Positions 12,179 through 22,905 of a stretch of 64,000 nt of DNA are shown here, piece by piece. Position 1 is the stretch's first letter; the number at the start of each line of letters is the position of its first letter. Both the position numbers and the translations under genes were made by a program. The DNA is from Kondoa subrosea (Eukaryota). Under the pieces are notes generated by a model. It was not told where the DNA came from. It did not search any database and saw only the letters and a program-made list of their open reading frames with translations. The DNA lies in contig BCIN01000007.1 of the NCBI GenBank assembly GCA_039545335.1, positions 744,001-808,000 of the forward strand, in the 5' to 3' direction.

Positions 12179-14730
12179 CTAGCTAGTATACAGCCAAGGC
12201 GCGACATCTTGCATCACCAAGCGACATGGGCAGCCTTCCAACAGACAAGAAGGCTGATCTGGCATAGAAGGAAGTGTTTGAAGACCGGGCGAAAGAGATC
12301 CCACTTCGATAACACTATGAAGACATGAGCATCTAGCTTATGAACAGCACAATTAGACTCACAATTCATCATTCGATTTGAAGTTTACTGATGGCTTCAA
12401 ACTAAGGCCCGCATCAGTGCTTATCACGCGAAAGATTGATTGTAGACTCACAGAATATTTTCTTGCTCCGCAGTCTGCCTTCTCATTCTCTTGATATCTG
12501 TCGGCGCATCACTGAAAGATGGCTGTCGCTTTCTTGGAGAGACTAAGATCGCTCTATAACACATGAGCCGATGTATGTCGCAATCACTCAGGAGAACTCA
12601 CTCTGCTCTATTCGCCAATTGAAGCACCTTGGCGGATTGTGAAGCGTCCAGGTCGGCTTCCATCTCCACCAGAAAAGCTTCAACCGAATCAATGCTTTCA
12701 TTTCCTTCTCGCTGCTTTATCAAAGATGCATCACTTCCTCTTGCGCTTGCATCTTCTGCGTCGTCCTCTTCTGCTCCATCAGATACAAGCAAAGGTAGAG
12801 GTAAAGGTAGAGATACAACATTGACAGGTGAAGGTGAAGCTTGATCTAACTCGACGGTAGCGATAGAGGTAGCCTTTGATGACAGTGTTTCTATTTGAAC
12901 CGACGTATCGGACCTTTGGGATTCATATGTAGATCCAGACGGTTCTTCCGCTTCATGGAGAGCAAGTCCAATAATCTGATCATACTTTTGTTCAGGTGGA
13001 AGCGATGAGAGTTCAGTCATGATAGGCTCTCCATCAAGATCTTCATCATTTGTAGCTTCATTGGATTTCTGTTGGGTAGCAATTCCATCATTCAACATTA
13101 CATCGAATCGTTCGGCATGAGCTGCTCCAACTTCCGTTTGCATCAGATTGCTGAAACCTTCCTTATTCTTGCCAGATGAAGGTGCATCCACTGCTTCGCC
13201 AACCTTTTCCTTGACCTTAATCATGTTGGAACCATCATCCTTTTTATCAGAAGTAGAAGCCTCAGGTCTCTGGTCCACATCTTCAACCTGTTGTTCATCA
13301 CTTTTCTTCTTCTTCCGATTAGAACTCTTCTTAATCTTCTTCTCCTCCAAATAGTTCGACAAAGGCATTCCATTTTCATCTTTTGGTGCTTTCTGAGAGG
13401 GCAGAGCTAAACCTTTAATCATTGCGTTCTTTCTCAAATTCCGACCTTTCTTTGTCAAAAACAGTAAAAACTCTTTTTCCTTTTGTATTTCAGCCGAGAA
13501 ATCAATATTGGACAAAAGAAGTTTGGAATGAGGATTAGCCATTTTGTTACTGTTGCTGGATTTGGAAGGGTGTAAGATCCGGTATAGAGCGTTTGGCAGA
13601 TCTTTCTTGCTATGAAAGGACTTTAAAGCAATAGAAGCAGAGTGACCATCTCCTTGAAAGTAAATGAAAGGTTTGTCAAAGGTTCCGCCGTTGTAGCCAC
13701 TTTTGATTGCAAATTGTCGAACGGAGATGAGATCAGCTACTTGAGCTGAGATTGCTTGATTGTGAAATCTGGTATTACTCGAACTGGTTCTTCACCATCT
13801 TTGTATAGTATGAGGTGAATTTGAGCTTTAGATGGTTTCTTGTCAGCCGGAGGTAGAGTTCGTATTAAATTTGGACTAGATTGAGTTGTACCATGTTGAC
13901 TTGAAAATTGACTTTGACCTTCGACATGTTTCGTCTGATTGGCAGCAGCGAGGATGAACTGAGGCTTTGCAGGAAGAGCTAGAGGTAAACGAGGTGCAGG
14001 TCTTGTAGGCAGTGCAACAGGAATAGTAGCTTCGCGGGCCGTTTGCTGAACTGAATCCAACTGGATATTAGGTGTGCCAAGAACTTGCTGAACGAAAGTA
14101 CTGAATGCGTAGGCTGGTGATCTCCATAATGGTATAGCAGATGAAATGTGAGCATGCCAGCCGAAGATGATGCCATTATCTATCATTCGAATAAGAGTCG
14201 GAATTCAACGCGTAATACGTATTTATCTACCATTGATGTACTGATTGATGGCGCGCCAAGATGCACCTGTTGGGTCATTCTGCCTTGTAGGTCGCAGTAA
14301 GAGACTAGGCGGGTTGAGCGAACTGACTTGAACAAGCGAGATTTGATGAGGCAGATAATAATCGCTGAAGAGCTGCTTGAAATGAAAGCAGACCTGCCGT
14401 TCCAAGAGCGTCAGTATAACAGCAAGAAGCTCTGCTGACTAATGAGATCAACAAACGGATTGCGTGCTTGACATCAATTGTTTACTGTCCGAAGTGAGAA
14501 TGATGGACTGGCTTGAGTCCAAACCACCCAGTGGTCGCTTGTAGGGTTGCATCGCGTTCTCCATATTGGATCAATGGTACAAGATCACAGCAAGTTTGGC
14601 AGACAACAAGATTGTACTGAGAAAGAGTCTCAGCCCATTCCCAAGCTTCGGCAGTAGTGCAGTCATGCAGTTTCGATTCGAATAGTGCTATCCGGCTGAA
14701 ATAAGGCAGGCTACTGAGTGAGAACATCAT
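12179..14730 (-). CDS. Hypothetical multi-exon protein with a Lys-rich NLS-like segment and acidic low-complexity C-terminal half
   Basis: Collinear minus-strand ORFs 14482-14730, 13737-14186 and 12598-13542 are separated by intron-sized gaps with GT..AG, and downstream exons stay open to about 12179. No family recognised; boundaries approximate. Confidence 0.5.
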
Positions 14731-15105
14731 ATCGTTATACTTGCTCGTTTCTGGTCAAAGTGTCGCGGATTTGCGAATCTTGCAAGCCGTTGTCAGCGCA
14801 TCCCTTGTGTTACATAATATGTCTTTTATCCGTGCTGCTCTTTTCGTTTTCCTCTCTTTTCATCTTCGGCGATTCGCGGCAGCATTCTCAAGTTGTTTCG
14901 GGCCCTTCTCAGTGGAATGGCTTCACAAGGGCGCTGGTCCTCGTTCCCGCCTTGGCTTCGTCCTCGTCTCCGTCTCCGTACTGCGGCGACACAGGAGCGG
15001 GCCAAAGGCGGAGTCGCGGCGCTGCCCAAATTCTACCTTCAGGGGGTTGATGACTGTGTCTTGTCTCTCGACAAGCGACACGCAATTTCCCTATCCTTTC
15101 ACCTG

Positions 15106-17834
15106 ATGTCACAGCATATACAATCACAGAGCTTCTCTTCTGCTCCGCTTCCTTCTCTTAAACCCTCAGCTGTAGATCCAAATGATCTTGAGAATGGTCG
15201 AGGAACGCTAATTCACGGCAACATTCTCAGTTTCTTTGATCTAGGTTATACGACACCTAAGAAGATTGAGATTTTACGTGGTGTCAGCGGTGAAGTTCGT
15301 TCTGGTTGTATGCTAGCTTTAATGGTAAGTTTCGGATTTGAAGAAGTGTTGGCTTCTCGTTGTCATGTGAACTAAATGTGTACTGTATAGGGCCCTTCTG
15401 GATCTGGTAAAACCACTTTCCTTGATGTCTTGGCAGGCAGAAAGAATTCAGGAGCAAAAGGAACAATCACTTTCAATGGCTCAACCAATTTCACTATGCA
15501 TCGCCTAAGTCACTATGTAGAGCAGAACGATGCACTTTTCGGATCGCTCACTGTCAAGCAATGTATTTCTTATTCGGCTAGACTGAGTACTGGCAAGATT
15601 CGACCAGATGCAGAGTTGAACAGATTGGTCGATACTACTATTACTCAACTTGGTTTGGCTGGTGTAGCGGACAACAGAATTGGTAATGCTGTACAACGCG
15701 GTATCAGTGGTGGTCAAAAGCGTCGAGGTCTGTGAATTGATGCATATCTTGTACCGCTGATTAAAATTGAATGATCAGTCACTTTGGGTTGCGCTCTTGT
15801 AGCGCGTCCTAAGGTAGGTCAGATGGTAGCTAGATAAGCCTCTGCTCATAAGTTGCTTCGGGACCTACAGATCCTCTTTCTGGGTGAGCAATTTGTAACA
15901 ATAGCTGTTCATTTGACTCATCAAAACAACAGATGAACCCACAAGTGGTCTAGACTCAGCAACTGCTGCGCAAGTGATGCAATCAGGCAAGTTACTTCCC
16001 GTGTGAGCTTGTAGACGAATCTCATCTAGCTGATCGATTGCAGTGCAAAGACTGGCCAAGAATTTGGGAGTCATCGTTATTACTTCTATTCATCAGCCTT
16101 CTTGGACTACTTTACAGCTCTTCGATCAACTTTTGTTGCTCTCAGCCGGTAAAGCAGTTTATAATGGTTCAGTAGGCTTTGCCATATAGCACATCGATTT
16201 GTCTGACCGCTGACAACTCGTGTAGGTCGCTAGTCTGCCGGAATTCTGCAGCAACTTAGGTCAGTCCGTTTTAGTGTTCTCGGGAGAAGAACCAGCCTGA
16301 TCATATTTTGAACAGGTCATCCGGTTCCTATGCATGGCAATCCAGCAGATCACATCCTGAGCTTGGTCAACAGTGATTTTGGGAAGCAGAAGATTGAAAC
16401 CTCAGCTGCTACAGAATTGCAGCTGCCATCTACTACTTCGAATGTCGCTCAACCTGAAATGCGCAATCGACGAAGTATGTGGTTTGCTCAACTTTGCATT
16501 CAGCTCGAACGGATGGTCGTCAACTACACTAGGAATCTACTCGCTTGTTTGTCTTGCAGCTTTGGTGAATGTGTTATGCTGATCTGCCTCGTTCAGATGG
16601 AATTCGACTCGGAATGTGTATGCCTTCTTTTGAATTTGGCTCAATGATTAATAGTACTCATTGGCTGTTTCTGTAGATCTTGGTATGGGTGTCATGATTG
16701 CTATAATCTGGTTGCGTCTGGACAAAACTCAAGATCGCGTCAATGATCGACTCAGTGTCCATTTCTGTGAGTGTACTTCATCTTCCGTCGCTCGCTTCTA
16801 GCTGAAGCGAATCTCTCTTCGAAGACGGTGTTGCCTTCTTGAGTTTCATGTCTGTACGTCAGATTCACTCACATACAAACTCAGATTGCTCATTTGTATG
16901 CTTTGACTTTTGCAGGTCGCAGGAATTCCAGCTTGGCTCGAAGAACGATCTATCTTTCTTCGAGAACGGGCAAACGGCTTATCAAGCGCTTCAACATTCA
17001 TGCTCGCCAACTCATTGGCTACTATCCCATTCTTGATCCTTTGCGTTATCCCTTACACTGTTATCGTTTATTGGTCTTTGGGGTTACATAGTGGAGCTGG
17101 TCATTTCTTCCGTTACATGGTCTATGTAAGCTTTCAATGCTGCTTGTTGCTGCATCAGCTAATTAGAGGTGTATAGGTCTTCCTCGGCATTTATGCAGCT
17201 GAAGCTCAGTCAACTCTGATTGCTGCTCTGTTACCTATGTTCGTTGCAGCCCTTGCGGTCGCAGCTTTTGCAAAGTAGGTCGAATGGTCTGTGATCTCGC
17301 TTTGAGCTCATTTCGCCTGATCGCACACAGTGGTTTCTTAATGTCCGTTCAAGGCTATTTCAATCGCAATCTACCAGGCTGTGAGATGCTTGTTCACAGC
17401 TTTGTCTGAATACTGACAGAGAGACAGTCTGGTATCACACTTTCGTGCGCGACTTTTTCTCATCTTGCGCAAATGTTATGCTGATATTCACCGCGCAGCA
17501 CTTTATGGATTATGAAACCTATGCTTTTGAATTATTAGTGAAAGATGATTTCCATGGTCTAAGCTTTACTTGCAACAACCCTTCTGCTGGTGAAGCATGC
17601 ATGTGCAATTTTGCTTCTACTTTACAAGAACAAGGGATTTGTGCTTTCAGAGGAGAAGATGTCACTTCCGTATGCTCGCCAGACTGCGTGAGAAAGGATG
17701 ATGCTGATAAGATGAGTTTGTGACAGAACCTGGGTTTTGGGAACATCAGTACTGCTAACTGGGTTGGGATCTTGATCTCCATTTCGGTCATTTATCGGCT
17801 AGGCACTTGGGCTTGGTTGCATTTCAGGCGATAA
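15106..17834 (+). CDS. ABCG-family half-size transporter (NBD-TMD)
   Basis: Walker A GPSGSGKTT, YVEQND, signature ISGGQKRR, LFLDEPTSGLDS, SIHQPS and GNPADH, followed by an ABC2-type membrane domain. Many short exons. Confidence 0.93.
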
Positions 17835-18266
17835 AGAGTGAGAGAAAAGGACATAACTGAGCAGAAGCCTCTGTGTAATTATACTTGTACTATACTTATG
17901 AAGATAGCCTAACACCCCTCTTCTTCGTTGTAATTTGTAATAATATGCACCTTTTCAAAGAAGATATTCGGAAGAACCACGATGACCTTGATTAGCACTT
18001 CGTGCTCAGATGCTTCGACAGGTGTCGCAAGAAATGAGTAGCAGAACAAGACATAGGCGGTAGCGCAAAAGCAGGTGTAGAAGCAGAAAGAAGTGAGCAT
18101 ACGAAAGTAGCTCTACATGTACAAATCTTGGAACGACAAACGAGGCTCAGGCCGAAGGTGAAAACTCAGAGACAGAGCGAAAGCATAACCACCAGCAAAC
18201 GAGATAGGTCGCAACAGTGCACAAGCATCACATTGCATCCCTTTTAAGGCCTTCTGATCTGTCCAA

Positions 18267-19011
<745 letters not shown>

Positions 19012-20356
19012 GATGTTCTCGTTCTACGCAATTTGCGATCCTGTGTGATGGCTGGATGTGAGCTGCAGTACTGAGCACAGGCGCATTGCAACGCACCTGG
19101 AGGCGAGATGAAGAAAGGGAAGGACAGAGAGAGATTCGTACAAAGGGTCTTACCTCGGATTTGCCGGTCCGACCTGCCTTTGAGCCTTTTTTCTTCTCTC
19201 GCGACCTCGAAGACACCCCTCCAGCAAGAGATGGTGCGTCGTCCTATACACCTGTGCACCTCCTAGATACCATGCTAATTCATACAATAACAGACAAAGG
19301 GAACATCCAGCGTTCGCTCATTTCCCAAGTCTCGCTCAACTTAAAGCTGATCTCACGCTCAACGATTGATAGAGAGGTAAAAGGCACACCAAGACGCACA
19401 CTCTGTGCCGTCGTTGTGGTAAAAGATCTTTCCACAAGCAACACTCCAGTCAGTCATTAGCAGCAAAAATCTCAAATGCAACAGTAGAAGAGTTCTGATT
19501 GCGTTGTATTGAATTACAGCCTGCGCTTCATGTGGTTACCCAGCAGCAAAGATGCGTTCTTATGAATGGGGTCAAAAGGCAAAGAGGAGGAAGACTACTG
19601 GTACAGGCCGCATGCAACATCTCAAGGTAGGAGGCAGATGTAGGGTTGTGCGAGTACGGTCGCTAACCATGTTTTCGATTTTCCTACAGCATGTTTCCAG
19701 GAAGTTCAGCAACGGATTCAGGTAATTGATTTGGATAGATTGCTGAGAGCATTTTGATGTCAATCCTCGATTACAGGGAGGGCAAGCAAGCAACACGCAA
19801 GCCAAAAGCAACTGCTTCTGAATAAGCTCGCTCCACTTCTGTACAACCTCGTCTCTTCCGTCATTCTAATACAGCAAAAAAGTATTCTCAAGAAAAAGAA
19901 TCATGATGCAGCAAAAAGTACGAGAATGGGGATCAAAGCGAGGATGTGTTTGCACTGCTGATTTGATCTGGGAAAACGAACAACTACCGGTCCATTGCAT
20001 CTTGATGTCTTCGCATTCGCCTTGTGTTCAAGTTTGTTATACCCTCAATGATCTATTGTATTCGGATTGGCTTCTTCTTGTCGCTATACATGCTTTCTTA
20101 CCGCTTCATCTGGCATTCAGCTTTCCCTCTGTTGTCGCTCATTGGTCATTCTCGCTTCATCTGTATTTGTCCTTCAGGTTGTTTGACCAAATGGATATGG
20201 CCATTTACGGCGTTCTTGCCCTTCTCATACCGCCTATACCCATTCGCATATGCCCTTCTTGTTCTTCCTTGCTCACTACTGTGACGTGAATCTTTTATCG
20301 GCATAAACAACTAATTTACATGTGTTATTTTTCCGTTGACCGAAAAAAACATTGGC

Positions 20357-20362
20357 ACGCGT
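20357..20362. promoter_or_regulatory. MCB-like element ACGCGT upstream of H2A copy 1 (equivalent site at 29434-29439)
   Basis: Exact ACGCGT lies about 90 nt upstream of both H2A start codons although flanking bases differ. Function is inferred from yeast MBF sites. Confidence 0.4.
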
Positions 20363-20451
20363 TCCTTTCCTTGCTCTCTTCTCTTCTTCCATCCACGACT
20401 CTACTCTCTTCTCACTCAACCCTCACCCAACAACAACAACACTTCAAAACA

Positions 20452-21046
20452 ATGTCTGCTCCTGCATCTGGTAAAGCTAAGGGTGGTAAAGCCGCTGGCG
20501 AAGGATCCAAATCTCGTATGTCCAATCACAACCTCTCAACTCCCATACTTACCTGTCCACTCACTCACACAGAATCCCGATCTGCCAAAGCTGGTCTTCA
20601 ATTCCCAGTTGGTCGAATTCATCGTTTGTTGCGCAAAGGAAACTACGCCCAACGTATTGGTGCTGGTGCTCCAGTTTACCTGGCAGCAGTGTTGGAATAC
20701 TTGGCTGCTGAAATTTTGGAATTGGCTGGAAACGCTGCCCGTGATAACAGTGAGTCTTCCTCTCTGCCCCATTTCTTCAACATGGTGTTGACGCGGGTTT
20801 GCGCAGAGAAATCTCGTATCATTCCTCGTCATTTGCAACTCGCTATCCGCAACGATGAAGAACTCAACCGTCTTCTCGGATCAGTAACCATCTCTCAAGG
20901 TGGTGTCTTGCCAAACATTCATTCCGAACTCTTGCCTTCCAAATCAAAGACCCCAGGTGGAGGTAAATCTGGTGGAAAAGCATCTCAAGGTTGGTTCTCA
21001 AGTCTTCCTTGTTTGCGTTATCTGACTGACATAATAAGAACTTTAG
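20452..21046 (+). CDS. HTA: Histone H2A, copy 1 (3 introns, no adjacent H2B)
   Basis: [13 protein letters not shown]...[79 protein letters not shown]...KASQEL*. The SQEL end uses the acceptor at 21038. Confidence 0.96.
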
Positions 21047-21482
21047 GGGATGATGAATGATCTGTTCTCGGGGGAGTTTTGGCATTTCGTTTTCACACTT
21101 CTTTTGTATTAGCTATTACTTGTTTTGTATTGCAGCTTCTCTGTTGCGCATCTTTTCATTTTGACTTCGAGACTTCTATGATTTGGTCTTGTTTGGTCTG
21201 CCTCCGAGTCTCTCACTTCATCGTGTCATTGATTTTCAATGGCTTCATTCATTCATTGTCAGTTCAACTAAGCTCTTTACAATGCCAGACTATGCGTGCG
21301 ATTTTGCCATCCGCTGTATGATGACATTGTAACTTCCGCTGCTATTCGCCGAGTCTAAGTTGTCTGAATAAGCCGTACCACAGTCAAATACATTCTGTTA
21401 TTGAAGGACAAACGATCAGATGGTGTTCATTGCGGCGATAGAAGAGAAGACTCACTGCTTGGGAATCTGACGATTGCGGATT

Positions 21483-21859
21483 TCAAGGTCCACGTATCAT
21501 TACTTGATCCCATTCTTCTTCTTCTTCACTTAACTCGTCGTACTCCTTTCCTTCCCTTTCTTCTTCTTCTTCTTCTAAATCACGATCTTCCTGAACCGAG
21601 AAAAGAGGTGTAAGAAGAGGAATAGGTGAACTTCGAGGAGCAGGAGAACCTTGGATGCCGCAACCGTCTTGTGAGCCAAAGTAAGAAGAGGATGACCAGC
21701 TTGAAATACTGCTTTGTGGAGTAGAGAGAGAGAAGAATGAGAACTCAGGTCTAGATCAAATCTATCAATAATGTCTGGATAGGACACATACGAAGAGCAA
21801 TTGAGCTTGAGACACTTTCGCGAGTCTCGAGATGTACATGAGCTGCGCATAGTGCGCAT
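21483..21859 (-). CDS. Putative two-exon mini-gene or relic carrying a copy of the acidic terminal exon of the 25480 gene
   Basis: ATG at 21859 or 21850, GTATGT..CTAG intron at 21751-21791, then an open exon PEFSFFSLSTPQSSISSWSSSSYFGSQ...SSPIPLLTPLFSVQEDRDLEEEEEEREGKEYDELSEEEEWDQVMIRGP*. Confidence 0.4.
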
Positions 21860-21987
21860 AGTGTTCAAGAGAGAGAAAAGAAGATGTGCATGCAGAGAAG
21901 CTTGATTGTATGGTCAACGCATCAAACGCGCGAAAAACAGGGAATGAAATGCGCAAATAATACATTTTTGACTTGCTAATTGATCAT

Positions 21988-22700
21988 CTAGAGCTGCTTT
22001 GATGGAGAAGTAGCGCCTGCTGTTGGAGAAATCCCTCCATCTTTGAACACCTAGATTTCGCCTGATGAGCGAGACTTGGTTAAGCATGATGCAAGGCTTA
22101 CCTTTTCTAGCTCTCCTGATTGATGCATACCTAACAGGATGTCGCAACCTCCCAAGAACTCGCCCTTCACATACAGTTGCGGTATTGTTGGCCATGAGCT
22201 GTGAGTGACCAGATCTTCGACATCAGCGACTGAACACTGATGTAAGATCGAGCTACTCACCTGTATTCCTTGATTGAATTTCTCAACTCATCGTCTGCTA
22301 ATACATTGTAGGTTTTGGTCTTTCCAAGCACATCATGCAGATCCAAAACTTGCACAACCGCACGGCTGAAGCCACATTGAGGTAATTCAGGTGTTCCTTT
22401 CATGAAGAGCACAACAGGGCTGCCTTGGACTGCCTACATAGCTCTGCATCAGTGGCGGACATGTGGATCTCGCTGACTGAGAGAAGGCTCACTTTATCAA
22501 GCTTGGCTTTTACATCGGATGCAAGGCATCGCTTTTGGAAAGCGGAAGAGGTAGTGCTTGATGAAGGTGCAGCGAACTTGGATGCAGTAGCAGAAAACTA
22601 GTCGATGAACACCTTTGCAATCAGCACCATTGGCCAGATTCAGCAATCGGCAGTAACTCACCAGAGGCTGAGACGTTCTAGTGAAGCGTGCGAAGGACAT
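21988..22700 (-). CDS. GRX5: Mitochondrial monothiol glutaredoxin
   Basis: Arg/Ser-rich presequence-like start, then [54 protein letters not shown]. Confidence 0.95.
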
Positions 22701-22905
22701 AGTGTAGACTTGAGAGTACCTGACTGTTAGCAGAAGAGCCTTGAAGCGTTTTCAAGAAATTGCTGGCTTGTCCTGTAACTCCCAGTTGGTAATCTGTCTG
22801 GCTACTGTTTGCCGCGTGAGCTCCAAAGGTCTTGCTATAGGACTTTTCTGATAGGCTTGCTAGTCCTGCCTGATTGATTCGCTTCGTCCAAATGACGGAT
22901 TTTCA

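Larger units (their letters stand above)
20341..21796. repeat. Left arm of a ~1.45 kb imperfect inverted repeat (partner 27991-29465)
   Basis: Read by eye, it matches the reverse complement of 27991-29465 over the H2A 5' leader, H2A exons, intron 3, the 3' intergenic DNA and an acidic terminal exon. Confidence 0.93.

Noticed and set aside
14718..15127. Several overlapping Arg-rich ORFs in the GC-rich stretch before the ABCG gene
   Set aside because: Multiple frames are open on both strands because of high GC. This is more likely a divergent promoter or 5' UTR region.
19572..20289. Short hydrophobic ORFs upstream of H2A copy 1 as a pheromone precursor or mating-type gene
   Set aside because: No repeated peptide units, no convincing CAAX precursor, and no receptor or homeodomain motif. 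Overlapping ORFs in pyrimidine-rich DNA look spurious.
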